A stretch of DNA of 64,000 bases from Tubiluchus corallicola (GCA_030141605.1 JAQGDQ010000157.1:323266-387265); one strand, 5' to 3'; shown: positions 14,701 to 29,700, counted from the stretch's first letter. Translations and numbers: made by a program. Notes: generated by a model from the sequence alone, not told the origin.

Positions 14701-17700
14701 GCTGGTAATATTAACACAGCTGGCAACAGGAAGAAAGTAATTAATCATCAGAACGTATGATAGACAAGCAATTATATAGCATGGAACCCAGTAAATTGGC
14801 ATGCAAACTATTATGCTTAATGCAAATAGTACAAAGTAATTGACCATAACACATTCGCATTGTAGTAGAATTAATCAGCAGAAAATGTTTTCGTTATGCT
14901 TAATGCAAATATTTGTGCAAAGCAATCGACCATGACACATTGGCGTTGTAGTAGAATTAATCAGCAGATAATGTTTTCATGGCCATCCTCTTTGCTTAGA
15001 CATATTATGACTATATAGTGTGAAGCACTTAGTTTATTATTCGAATTTCCTAAGCAAAAAATGTCACTTTTATCAATTCTCAAAACTTGTGCCATCATTT
15101 CTTATTTCCTTGAATGTCTTTGCATCGACAGAACTTTATGTAAAACAGAAACAAGATATAACTGGGATAATTTACATGCATTTTATGGCAAAGACACCAC
15201 CAGACAGAGTTATTCACTCCACGGAGCATTGCCTCTTCGAGTGGGAATATGGAGAGATGCTGCAAAGCCATTCTGCGATCACCTGCTTATGATGCTCAGC
15301 GAAGCGGCAAACTTCACATACAAGGTGATATACATCAAACATTGGGAAACTCCGGAAGATGCAATCGATACTGGAGAATTCGACATGTTACTGGGATTTA
15401 TCACAATGATACCAGAAAGAACAAAAAGTATGACATTTCTGCATCCAGTTACTTATAATTCCTATGTGTTTATCATAAAAAAGCACCAATTACATGGTTT
15501 TAATGTAACAGACCCATTCTCCACACTTGTGTGGCTGCTTCTGATATTATATGGCATAGCTGTGGGGCTGATACTTTACTATATTGATTATGGCAAAATT
15601 GTGCTGTACAAGGAGGAAGAGAGTACCAAATGCAGTAACTGTCAAAGAAGACTAGAAAAAGCGACAACAAAGAAAGAAAGCAAAGCATATTTTACTCTTT
15701 ACACATTATCATCATATCTCCAGCAAGGTGGAACGTATTTACCACAACATTTATCCGCCAGGATGCTTATCGGATGGTGGTGGATTTTTGCTTCCATCAT
15801 TACAGCTTTATACACAGGTACACTGGTTAGTAAACTATTTGTAAGCAAGCAAGTTTTTCCATTCAATACACTTCAAGAGTTAATAGACAGCGACATAATC
15901 CCTGCTACAATAGGCCAGTTCAGCTCCACCAGGCAAATGCAAACCAGGCCCGAATATAGGCAACTGTGGCAGAGAATGAAAACAGATCCTAATGTACCTG
16001 CTGACAATGCAGAAACAGCATTAGAGCTGACAGCTACTGGTAAATACACTCTCTTTGTAGGAGGGATTTATGCAAAGCTCCACTTAATAGAAGATTATGA
16101 ATTACATGGGCAATGCAGATTTTCTATTTCCCCGTTTTTTAGTTTTTCGGCACCATCGGCGTTAGTTGTACCAAAGGAAAGCAACCATACTGAAGCGCTA
16201 AATTTTGCTCTTGATACGTTAAAAGAACACGGTCTTGTAGACAAACTGCTACATCGGTTACTGCAGCCGTTGGAAAAATGTTTAAACTCGCCCAAGCAAC
16301 ATGTAAGCATATTATCAGTTAATGTGGAGCAACTTGACGTAGTTTTCTGGGGGTTGATATCTGGAATTGGTGTTGCATTGTTTATGGTTTTTAGTGAGTT
16401 TGCTTACAAAAAATTTATGTGAAAAGCAATCTATTGTACTATAACTCTTCAGTTTCAAACATTTACCTTTCCTTACAATTTCAAAGTTATCAGTTAATGC
16501 TACTTGTTGGCCAACCTCATAGATGTTAGATGTTTTCTTAAATTTATTATATAAACCTGTCGTTATGATGCTTTTGCATTCTTCTGTGAGGATTCATCCA
16601 AAGATCATTTTTGTCATGAATCATTACTGTTTAATTTGGGATAAATTCACAACACACTTTGTAAATGTATCCATAGTTAGTTTGCCTGTTTGTTTTACAT
16701 TGAAAGTTACATTAAAGTATCCCAATTGACACTTGATAATTGATTAAAAAAATATACCAACATTTTTATACTTCTAAACTTTCCTCACATAGATTTTTGC
16801 ATAGCATTTTCACATAGTATTCTCTCCTATTGATAATTTGATCTATGCGATTTTATTCTTCTTTGTTTTATACCTTTGCATTTTTGTTTTTCTAATCTAA
16901 ACTAATCTAATGTAATCTTGTGTTATTTTTCGATTTGAATTTGCATTTTGACTTCATGGTAATAGTTAGGTGTAGTATATTTGCGCTTGCATTGTTTCTG
17001 CCTCTGCTAGCACCAGTGCCAAATACACAATGGCACATACTTTAATATCTAATAAACAAATGCATTGGCAATAACAATTCTGAAGGTGTACTGTTTGCAG
17101 AATTCTGTTTTGCAACATGTTTTTAGACTGGTGCTTTTGTAATATTAGCTTGATGGTATTATTAACACAGCTGGCAATGGGAGCAAGGTAATTAAACACC
17201 AGAAAGTGTGACAGACAAACATACATGTAGCGGGTACCCATTGAATTCGCATGCACTCTATTATCTTTAATGCAGATATATGTATAAAGCACATTGCATT
17301 GTAGTAAAAGCATTCAGCGGAGAACATTTTTATGGTCATCCTCCCAGCATAGGCATATTATGACTGTATAATGTGAATCAGCTAAAGTTTATGATTCGAA
17401 CTCCCAAAGCAAAAATGTCACTTGTATTATTTCTTAAGACTTGTGCCATTGGTTTTTATTTCCTTGAATGTTTTTGCATCAACACAACGTTGTGTAAAAC
17501 AGAAACAAGAGCTGAAAATTGCAGCAGCTTGTATAAACAGCAGAATTTACATACATTTTGTGGTCAAAACTCCAGCAGACAGGGGTATCTGCTCCATGGA
17601 GCATTGCTGAGAGTGGGAATATGGAAAGATGCCTCGAAGCCATTGTTCGATCAGCTGCTTATGATGCTTAGTGAAGCGGCAAACTTCACATACAAGGTGA

Positions 17701-20700
17701 CATACGTTAAAAATTGGCAAACTCCAAAAAACGCAATCGATAGTGGAAAATTTGACTTGTTGATGGGATTAATCACAGTTCTACCCGAAAGAGCAAAAAG
17801 TATGATGTTTCTTCATCCATTTACTTATAGTTACCGTGTGTTTATCATAAAAAGACATCAATTACAAGGTTTTAGTGTAACAGATCCATTCTCCACACCA
17901 GTGTGGTTGCTTCTGATAATATATGGCTTAGCTGTGGGGCCGATAATTTACTACATTGACCACAGTGAAAACCTGCCACATAAGGAGAACAAAGATAAAA
18001 GAAACACGAATTGCCAAACAAGATTGGAAAAAGGGAACGCAAAGAAAGACAGTAAGGCATATTTTACTTGGTACACATTATCATCGTATCTCCAGCAAGG
18101 TGGAAAATATTTACCCCATCGTTTGTCCGCCAGGATGCTTGTCGGATGGTGGTGGATTTTTGCTTCCATCATCACAGCCATGTACACGGGCACACTAGTT
18201 AGTAAACTATTTGTAAGCAAGCTCGTTTATCCTTTCTCTACTTTGCAAGAGTTAATAGACAGCGGCATAATCCCAGTTACAATAGGCGAGCTCAGCTCTA
18301 CCATGCAGCTGAAAAACAGACCAGAATATAAACAGTTGTGGCAGAGAATGAAAATGGATCCTAATGTACCTGCCTACCAAGCAGAAATGGCATTAGAGCT
18401 GACAGCTACTGGTAAATACACATTCTTTGTAGGAGGGACTTATGCAAAGCTATACTTAATAAAGGATTATAAATTACACGGAAAATGCAGATTTTCTATT
18501 TCCCCATTTTTGAGTTTTTTGTCACCATCAGCATTAGTTGTACCAAAGAAAAGTAATTATACAGAAGCGCTAAATTTTGCTCTTGCTACGTTAAAAGAAC
18601 ACGGTCTTGTAGACAAACTGCTACAACAATTATTGTTGCCATTGGAAACATGTTTAGACTCACCTGTTCAACATGTAGGCACAGTATCAATTAATGTGGA
18701 GCAACTTGACATAGTTTTCTGGATTTTGATATCTGGAATCGGTGTAGCATTGTTTACGTTTATTAACGAGCTTGCTTACAAGAAGTTTATGTGACCAGCA
18801 ATCTAATGTATTATAACTCTTTAGTCTGAAGTCATTTACTTCTCCTTATAATTTCAAGGACATTAATACCTGTTACTTATTAGTGGACCTCAAACAATTT
18901 ACAGATAATGGTGACAGTTCATTCAACTGAAAATGAAGTTTGTCATGACATTCAGCATCATGGTAACAGATAAATTGTCGCAGATTTGATGCATATATTC
19001 CACTATGTGGTTTTTGTTGAGTGTATCCTTCAAATAATCTTGGATTTTGTTATATTCCATTAGCAGTGAAAAACACTGGGAAACGTCAGAGCAGGCAAAG
19101 TTTTATCGTTAAAAACATTTACATTGACTCTTTTATATTCCTTGATGAGAATAAAGTTTTTCCATTTACCAGTCGAATGACATTGGTGTAACGCACTGTA
19201 CTTGTGATACTTTCCTAGATGTGACAGCACTTTATAACACGGCTTTATTACATCACTCTGAGCATTTATTTAAAACAGTGCGAATGATCACATATTTATT
19301 ATGTAAAGCACATAATTATTATAAAGTGCTGCCATCTTTTAGAAGCTATTGTAGAGTGGCGGGTCTAGGTCAGGGGTGTGCAAATTGTGGCCCGCGGGCC
19401 ACTTGCGGCCCGCGAAGAGATTTGTCAACCTAATGAAAGTGCGGCCCGGGCGATTAATTGAGTGTATCCAGCTGAAGTCCGTGCCACAGTCCCAAAGATA
19501 GTGCAGGTAGTATTTTTCTACTAGATCGGATGCCATTAACCTTTACAAGACGGTTGTAGCTTAATGTCACTGTACTACACAGACTGTGTGATACACATTA
19601 CTAATATGCATTGCAATGAAATTACCACTATATGTCCTGAAAGTAGAAATGTATGGTTTGTAATATAAATTTTAATAACTTCTAAAATAGTTTCTTGAGT
19701 GTAGTAGTAATGATGTACGCAGGTCGGATGCAAAAAAAATCATTATTAGGCCTTTCTGTACTTGGCTTCTTGATCAAACTGCCTGTGGCCCACAGGAATT
19801 GCGGGAAAGTTTAATGTGGCCCGGCTAGTCAGATAATTTGTACACCCCTGGTCTAGGTTATACTACATTGTATTAATGTAATTTCCCAAGACTGCACTCG
19901 TTTGCAGAATTGCTTGTGTTCAGTTTGTGTAACCATTTTCTGACAACTTAGTTAACAACAAGAATAAAATAAACAACAGTAAAGTATGTTTGATATGTTT
20001 ATTGTCTATTATAAGGAAATAATAATTAGTGAGTTATTCAAATGTGTCGTCCATATATGATGTTTTGTGTGGATGCAGGATACGACTGGTTGTTAGGCCT
20101 TGGAGCTTGTCTTCTTGTGAATGCGAATTCTTGTGCAGTGAAAGTTGATCACAGATGTAAGCTGTGTTCTGTTTACTTATGGAATAACTTGTACCCAGCA
20201 GCAAACAACAGCAATTTAAATAATCATATACTGTTCTCTGCTACTTTTAGTTGTTCAGTGATCAATGTTAACAGTTGACGACGTGCTTGTAATGCTCAAA
20301 TTAGTGTAGTTTTGTAGTCAAAGTCAGAAGACCAAAACAGATCTTAATTCCTCGGTCTAATATGAATTGTCTCTTAACATGTTAAAAGTTGAACACATCT
20401 TCATGCTTAAATTGAATAAATCTGTGCACACAAGCAATGTTTCTACTCCAGGCTTATATAGAACGTGTTTTCTCAGCCTAGTGAGCTGTACCTACCAAGA
20501 ATACTTTTGTTACTTGCTGAGGCTTATACGAAACAGTTCCTTGGCCTCTGCTGAGCTATACTAACCAATCTACCTTTTGGTGGTGGTAGTTCTCGAGCTG
20601 CTTGTTAGGGCGGGAATGTGTTTTTCCTCTGTGGTAACTACTCGCCTTATTGCTGATGGATTTTTGCATGATAATCGACTATCAGCTAAGAATGGAAACG

Positions 20701-23700
20701 CTAAATGAAAACTTAAATGAGATTGTCAGAAATACGTTCCATAATCCTGCTGATGAGGTTTTAAAACTGATAGTTGTTTAGCTGATATTTTAGTAGAAGT
20801 TGCAAAAGACATGAGTGACGAAAACAACAAGTTTTGGGGGAAAGAAATATAGATGATTTTGGCTTGACAATGGCCTTAATTTGACAGTGAGCTAAAACAA
20901 GCCTGAAGATGGATTCTGTGAAAACATAGAAGTATTTTTTGACAAACTGAGAAAAACTGGTGCATCTGTAGAAAGATTTAGACTTTGTGAAAAAAACTTA
21001 TTTAAATCATCAAAGCTTGGGTGCACTAGTAAATGATTTGAAATTATAAAATAATTTTTTTGTAGAAGGGACTTATGCATAGCTATACTTAATAAAGGAT
21101 TATAAATTACACTGAAAATGCAGATTTTCTGTTTCCCCGATTATAAGTTTTTCGGAATCATCAGCGTTACCAAAGAAAAGCAACCATACCGAAGTGCTAA
21201 ATTTTGCACTGGATACTTTAAACGAACGTGGTCTTGTGGACAAACAGCTACAACGATTACTGCAGCTTTTGGAAAAATGTTTAAACTTGCCCAAGCAACA
21301 AGTTGGCACAATGTCAATTAACGTAGAGCAAGTTGACATAGTTCTCTTGGTTTTGATATCTGGAATCGGTGTAGCATTGCTTAAGTTTATTAGTGAATTT
21401 GCGTACAAGAAGTTTAAGTGAAAAGCAATCTATTGCGCTCTTTAGTCTCAAATCATTTACCCTTGCTTATACAGTAATTGCAATATCATCAATAACTTCT
21501 ACTTTTTCATTGATCTCAAACTGTTTGCTTATAATGATGGCAGTTCATGCAGCTGAAAGCGAAATGTGCCATGAAATTCAGCATTATGATAACACATAAA
21601 TTGTTACTGATTTGATGCACTTTATCAACTGTGTGATTTTTGTTGAGCTGTATCTTTCAAATAATCTGGATTTTGAAAGTCAGAAAGTCAAACAACCTGG
21701 ACAGCAGTAGTGAAAAGCATCGGGTTAAACGTCAGAGCAGACATAGTTTGATGATTCAAAACAGCTACATTCATACTTTTTATATTCCTTGAGCAGCATA
21801 AAGTGTTCCATTTTTTGGTCAAATGATGTTGCCATAACATATTGTACTTGTAATAGCTTTCTAGAGGTGGCTGCACTTTGTAACATGTACTTTACATAAT
21901 AAATATGACATCACACACACCAAGATGTTACATGGTGTGCCAAAAGTGGGAATTATAATGAATCCATAAATACAGGACGGTAGTGTGAATCATATCTCCT
22001 TAGGGTGGGGCAGCAGTTCCAGAAAAACACTAGTTCGATGACAGATAACAAAGAACCATCATGTAAAGAGTAGTAAGTTTTAACTCACCATGGGATGAGC
22101 CCATGCTCCCTACGGAAATGCAAACAGATCTCATGGTAAACGACATGGAATTGTGGATGCAGGCTAGAACCCAATATCATTACCATCTGGAACAGAATCA
22201 CGGAGCGGCAACACAGAAGCATGGAATGAGTGGTACATTGCAGAAAACAGATATTTTAATTGCATTAACTGTTCACTAAATTAACTCTTAAGAAAAATCA
22301 CCAGAAGATGCTGAATAACATATACATAAGTGTTAATTGCTTATCACATCCAAATTCACTAGATGCGAACATATTTCAAAACATTAAACAGAAAAACTAC
22401 ATAGCAGGACCATTAATTAAAACTGCCTCGGTGTAAACCATATGTAAAAGCATGGTCTTTTTACCAGATTCATCCATCATACAGCCATTGAATCATACAT
22501 CCAGGGACATGATTCTGTTCACCTCCCTATGCCAGGACTCCCCACTCGCTGCAATGCCCCAAGTGCATTTATCTCTAAGGATCAGTGCTGAAGTGTTTAA
22601 ATCTTTCTGTGCAGAATATAAATACGTTAACATTCGTCCTCCTGCAGGTTTTTTAACTGGTTCTATCGCTTGTTGAAGAGCTGTCTTCACTGGATTATCA
22701 TCAGGTAGCCTAAGCAAAAGCCCAATCCATCTTAAATGGCGTATTTTTATTTTTATTATTTAAGGTTCTTCTTTATTTTTTCATTTAGATCTTTATTTGA
22801 GATTTTCTTTGGCCATCTGATACCCAAAATGTTTCTGTAATTTTTCATTTACAACGCGTCAATTTCAGCTTTATAATTTGCTTTTAATGTCCGGAGTTGT
22901 ACAGAAATACAGTTTGAACTAAGGATGAGAATATTCTAATTTTGTTTCAAAAGAAATCTTCCTATTCTCAAAAACGTTTGGGAGTTTTGAGTAAACTGAT
23001 ATTGCCATTATCTTCCATCTTGGCATGTCGTCTTCTGTTGCTAGCAGACAACTGAGATACTTGCATTTTTGCCATGATTTATCACCAAGGAGTGTTATGC
23101 TGAAGACAGTTTTTTTTTTACTATGAGGTACATTCTTTTCAGTTTCTCTTCTATTGACTTTTGCATTTCATCTAACTTTTCTTAGTTTCTTGTAATCTAT
23201 GCAACATCATCAGCATACTGTATAAGTATAGTAGTTGACATACTTTGTAGAGAGCTGTAACTGTGTTCTTGTCTTACTTCATTTGGAAATAATCATTAAA
23301 TATTTTGGTTTATGTGCACCAAACTACTAAATCCCTTACGGCACTCGTACACCACTTTTACCACTACGACCACTACAGTAAACCTCATAAGTAGGAACAG
23401 ATCCTGCTAGTAAATCATTCGTACGTACAGACTAATGCATATTTAAGTAAAGTCCACTTTAAACAACTGAAGTTATTAAACTGATGTGGTAACCGGCTTT
23501 GCTTTACCCACGTCACATGATGATTGTAGTTAAGATGCATTGCCCTGGTACACTTAACCTTTGACCTGCAACAACTGTGCATGCACGCATCGAAACTGTG
23601 AAAAGGCTTATTTACTTCAATACCTTACGTAATGTCTAAATGCACGAGTTTTAAACAGCACTGCCATCTGTGTGTGTGGAGTGTTTTCTCGTTGTTTAAG

Positions 23701-26700
23701 TACTGGAACAGTCAATTATTACTAAATCTTTAAATGAATTCTTTTCCTTTCAGGTTCTATATAGAGGGAAAATTCACTGAGTTTCAGTCTTGCTTGATAA
23801 ATGAGTTGTTTTTCATCTTATGTAGGCACGCTGTAAGAATGGCTTGTCACCATTTTCCGGCAAACTGCGAAGTGAGCACTTGGAACTTAATGCATTTGAC
23901 AGTCAGAATGGTAATGGCCACAGTATTATTTTAGATTCACATTCCCCGACAGTGTGACATTTCCTCGCACATATTTCTCTGCTGCTTATTTGTTGTACCA
24001 TGCAAAATTGTTGCTGAGAAACAGCTTTCTGAGTCCTGACATGTCGCACCCAGTTCAACCATCTGTTAACTCTATATGCTTTCAAACTGAACAACATGGA
24101 AACTATTAATTGTTTGTTTTATTTAAATTTTAAACATTCTGTCGGCCTTGCAGAGCATTTTTGCACTTGAAGACGGCCTCTTAGTTATTGTCATTAGTTG
24201 TTATCAGTAGATTTCAATTTTTGGGCTTGTGTTAGCAGTGTGTTATGGTTCCAATGTGTAACGACAAAAAAATTAATGAACAGAAACATTTTAATGTGTC
24301 CTTCTAAGGTAATTTACTAGTATCATTTAGAAGTGTCCTGATGCAAAAGAAGTTGCCTCTGTTGGGAGCGGAGTAGGACACTAGCCGAAATAGGACAATT
24401 GTCGTACATGGACATAGCCCAAGTATGGGTGCATCGGGCAGGGGCTGCCCAAGTAGCACACTAGAGACAGGTCATGAATCCCTAATGGCAGCGTATATTG
24501 TCCTTGTTTATTTAATAATAATAATAATCGAAAAGGTCTGTACTTTGAATAATTTATTATATATCTGATAAAATAAAAGGATTTTATTCTCTGCTAGTCG
24601 AATGAGCAATATTAAATTTGGCTTCGAGATTAATCTTTCTGAGGTGAAATTAGCCCACTTTTTAGGAAATTCCAACATTTGGTTAAGGTGTATCATTTTT
24701 GTTTTTCTCACTTCACAGACAGGTTATCCGTTTCTCTACGTGGACAAAGTGAACAAAATATGCGTTTTTGATCTTGCAAACTGGCACTTTTTATTGATGT
24801 CAGTTTGCTTGCCAATTTGGTGAAGGAAATTGTGTGTATCCATGGTATGACACCAAACTGATGGTAACTCAGCCAGCAAGCACAGTTTTTAATAAAAAGA
24901 AGAAACTTTCACAAAATTTTTAAAATTTTGACAAAATTTTCCATGTAAAGTTAATAGAGATAGAGAAAACGCCAGTTCCGTACTTGGGCTGCCCATGTAC
25001 GACACTGATTTTCCGCAAATTTAGCACATGCGCTTTAGCGGAAGTGTCCTACTTCAGCTAGTGGCGTCCGCGCCCTACAGCCTCTAACGTAAGCTGAGAT
25101 GCAATCTTGTCCTGATGAAAAATAATAATATCAAAATTCCTTCTTGCAGGTATCTGCACAAATGGCGAAGTGGATTACATATCCGAGAGAGGGATAGATG
25201 AAGTTTATTACTTGTGGAGCTTGGCAGGAGGAGATTTAGAGAACGAACTCAACAAAAAGGGCATGATAAAAAAGAAGCCACCAGTATTCACTCTTCCAAA
25301 GTACAAAAATCCGGATTTTGTTTATCTAAATTATCTAGATTAACCACTTCACTGCCTGTAACACGAGAATCTCCCATCACAAAAATGCTGTGCTGACCTG
25401 TATGACGAGACTGTATTGTCATGCTTAACTCTCGCCTGTATGCCAGGTACTCTCATGAATCAGGCTAGTGAAAGCAATGGTGCTGTCCTCTGTTGACCAA
25501 AAGGATAATGTAGTGGCTAACTGCTAACAGTTCATAAAAACTGCTGAAAGTCAATAAGGCGCGATTACATTATATTTGATAATTTTTGTAGGTTTCTACT
25601 CTAGACATAATGGATTTCATGCAAAATTAATTATACGAAATGCATTTGCTTACTTTAGACAAATTAAAAATCAATTTTTCACGAATAAATTGAAAAAGCT
25701 TTCAGTAACTGCAGTGTTTGCATGGTAACAAAGTATATTATCACGTGTGCGAAATCGGCTAATGCAGAAACTTTCAGCTATCCAGACGCAACACTCTGAT
25801 ACGTTTTGGCTTCAAGTCTTCTCTATTCTTGGGGAAAAATTCGTGTTAAAGATGAAATGACCTTAATTTGTCCTTGGCTGATCGGTTGGTATTTCCTGGA
25901 ATAGCAGCAGAACACTGCCCACTTAGGCTGCAGCAAGCAGGCGATCGATAAATTAGTGTGTATGATCATGCAAGTGTACACCAGACTAAGCTACTTAATA
26001 GGCTAAGTTAGAGTGCCTGAAGACGGCACGTTTTTTACTTAATTTTATCCAACTAAGTCACTTGTAAATAGTGTGTACAATCACGCAAGTGTAAACCAGA
26101 CTAAGTTACTCGATAAGCTAAGTTGAAGTACCTGAAAATGGCGTTTTTCTTAATTTTATCCAATTAAATCACTTGTAAATGTTTAAACAAATAGCAAGAT
26201 TGGATAGCCGATATTTTCCTGAATAGAACAGTGCCTAATTTGTAATCATTTAGTTACATCTGTGCTCATACAGTAGCAGAAAAGTCATAGATCATAAGAC
26301 CTATTTTGAATGGTGCGGTCCTGAAGGAGTTAATTATGTGATTAAGGATTATTAAATGACGGCCGACTGAATAAAATCATCACAAAGTTTTTACAAAACG
26401 TTCCGGCAAAAAATTAGTTCATTTTACGACATCACAGATGAAGTAGTCCTACAGTTTGGAAAACGTATATTTCATCAAGTAACTATCATTGAGGGGTGCA
26501 GCATACATACCACACCCATTGACACACCTTCACATTTTATCTTCTTCAATAGATGAAAGTATTTGCTGAGTCATTGTACTTTTTTTTCAGTCTGGTGTTG
26601 TGTGATGGCGAAGGATTCGGACGAGAGGCCCACAGAACAAGCGCTTTTGATGAGACGGTTGTTATTCTTTCCCTTGATACGTTACATGAACGACTGAAAG

Positions 26701-29700
26701 GACTAGACCCCAAAATTTATTACCCGCTTATAGAAGATCAGTAGGTCCATGTAATGTTTTTTTTATCACTTTCTGATAAACAACTTGACATTTAATGGAT
26801 TTTTGCTGTGTAATAAACCAGGAATAACAAACCTTATGGTTTATGTTCAAAAATCATGTAACTGCTGATGAGTTAAATAATAGAAGAAAAGAGATGCTGA
26901 GAAATTGGGAACCAATCGGTACTTGTGATTAGAACTTGCCTTCTCTGACTTACAGGCTGAGCATGGCATATCAGGTCTGTGTTCTCATCCCCATAGAACA
27001 GAATTAACCAGTCCTACCCATCTAACAGAAAGATGAAACTAATTAATTAATTGTTAACAAGCTAATTCGATTTGATTTTGGTGTATTTTTTAATGGGTAG
27101 TATGAGTGGGTAGCTGTGAAACTTCATTCTGTAATAAAGTTTAGATTTAACGATTTCAGAAGTAAAGTATTTTTGAAAGTTTATATTTGAAACACTTAAG
27201 AGAGTTCTGGTTATGATTTGCAATAAATGGTGGAATGCTGGTATTTGTTTTATTAAAACATATTTTACTCTGACTATGTCATTTGCCAATAAGCAGTTTT
27301 TTCGTATGTCTTCACTCACGTTCATGGATTTTTATGGTCAATGGCTGGCATTTTTCTTTACTCAGAACTCAGTCGTTTCCTTCGTCTGTCAGCATGAGTG
27401 ACCTATCCTCGACCACCGGTCTGCCGCTTATCATTCGTGAACAAGACATAGAATATCAGGTATGATGCAGTGCAATGTGCTGTTACTTACTGTAACTTTT
27501 CAGCGTTAAAGCAGTGCATAAACTCTGTGCTGTAAATTACGCTTTGGACAACTTTATGTTTTTCTGGACATCTTTTTGTTAAATGTCACTCCTGATCGAT
27601 GCTGATTTTGGACAAGAATTGTAGCTGCCAGGCGCCAGGCTTAGCTGAATCTTCGTGTCCTGTCCAAAAACAATTTTAATCGTGAAGAGTGAACTTGGGA
27701 TGTTATATAGCAGGATGTTATATAGCAGGTTAAAAAATGTGCCAAAGTTTTAATCACAATAGTATATGAAAAAATAACAAAGTCAATTAAGTATTAGAAA
27801 ACTGATGTCACAGATATTTGTGCACAAACACCAAAATTCTTACGTCATTCCCTTCGATTTTTTTAAAGATACAGAAGTTTTAAAACAATTCAAAAAAATA
27901 AGTGCCAGGAAAAATTTTGTGTGCCACTACAGTGGCCGCCGCTTATTATGGACACGGTTATTGTGGACAGCCGGTTATTGTGGACAACTCGTGAGGGACG
28001 GAATTTTCCCCTAATAAAATCCGCCGGTTAATATGGACAACCGCCGCTTAATATGGACAGCGAACATTCTTGGCACGTGAACCAGCCGTGCCAACCATGG
28101 CCTGCGCGCGTGATTAAAAAGAGCTTCCCGCTCTGCTGCCTGTGTGAGTCATTGCATCAGTCAGTTCGCCGTTTGCCGTGGCCTTGAGAGCTTCGAAACT
28201 GTGATAACTTCCTTCCGTTCAAGGTTGAGAGAAAAGTTTCCTGCCAAACAAACTCGTCTGACTTCTTTTTTTCAATAAAACAGGAGACGAGTTGATACAG
28301 ACAGTTTTTTGCCTTTTTTAATGAAGGGGAAGGGTCTTCATGGGTCACTTCGCTTAATATGACAGCCGCTTAATATGGACATGCACTGCTGGCCCGAGGT
28401 GTCCACAATAAGCGGCGGCCACTGTATTGCTAAAATTTTATTATAAGTGTGCTATGTCTCTACCATTTTCTCTGCAAATTTAACTAAGGCATTTCTTCCA
28501 ACAGCTGACACAGTTTCTCAATTCTTTAAAGGAAAAGAAAAGGAAAAGAAAAGAAAAATTACCTGAAGTAGATTTCAGAAAAATCACCTTAAAAATTACA
28601 TTACTTTTATAGCATTTTTATGCATATATCGTACTCAAATTAAAAGGAATTTTTGTTTGTTTTCATTTTAAATCTCCCGTAATGCTGTTCCAAGGTTGTC
28701 ATTACATGACATCATCTACTCAAACGAAAATCAGGGGAAGAAAAGGCAATGTTAAACTATGTCCTAAAAAACTTTCCATACAAATCTATATGACTTAGCA
28801 TTTCACTTACCTACTTGAAAAATGCTCCGATTATTTTTTCAAACTTTATCCAATGTTATCTAAACGTGTTTCAAGCGACTTACCATTAAAATGGCTGCAC
28901 CTAATGGTCATTGTGGGAGTTTAAATTTACAAGTTTTATACAACATTACTGCTGATGCAAGCCCTGTATATAAGAAGGCAGTAGATAAGTGGTATAAAAT
29001 TTCAAGACAAATTTTTAAGCCTTATGTAGGTGGAGGGTTTTCTTGTGCTCCCATTTTTTTCTTGGCAACAAATCTTTGTCAGTGGTGACTGATTTTGTTT
29101 TATTGGTGACTGATAATGACGAATAACGATGCAAACTGCTTCATTTTCTGTGATGACAATGATGTCAACTTCTTGATTACTTTCTTGTTTTGCTCCACGT
29201 GCTGAGTGCTTTATACGCCAACTCGACTGTTTCTCAATTGATGATTATAGCTGACATTGTCCCAGTATTTAAATGCTTAGTCATAGCTTAAAAATCACTA
29301 AAACTATAAACTTGTGACTTTTACAGCCAAAAGTTAATGTACCATAATATCATTCATGCTGTGAAATTTGGATTTTGTAGGGCACTTGTTTCTAATATTA
29401 TTGTAGTCTAAACTGTGACACATTTATTCTGTGCTGCCTGATGTAAGTTTACAGTTAAATTTAAAGATTGGTGACTTGTTAAAGCCTCAACTTTTACGTT
29501 GTACACAGAACTCAATGGAATTTTAAACATCAAGTGCATTAAGTATTTAACAGTACAGTAATATATATCCCAGTAAACAGATTTGATCATGTTTTACACT
29601 AAAATGTTATGTTTTCAAAGCAAGTATGCAAAATCGTCTAAATTCAACGGATTTCACTTGTTGGTCAATTTTTTCAGCTGCACCGTACCATTTTGTTCAA

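Noticed and set aside
13020-17415. TBCK kinase-IR or TBCK-GPCR fusion proteins by alternative splicing
   Set aside because: Joins tested from exon 7 and exon 16 to the candidate acceptors hit stops or are out of frame with the receptor.
20078-20157. Candidate TBCK exon 8 after ggatgcag
   Set aside because: Stop in the required phase and no similarity to TBCK; 23826-23910 fits instead.
20640-21058. Possible coding remnant immediately upstream of IR-C
   Set aside because: Broken frames and no motif I can name; not homologous to IR-A or IR-B.
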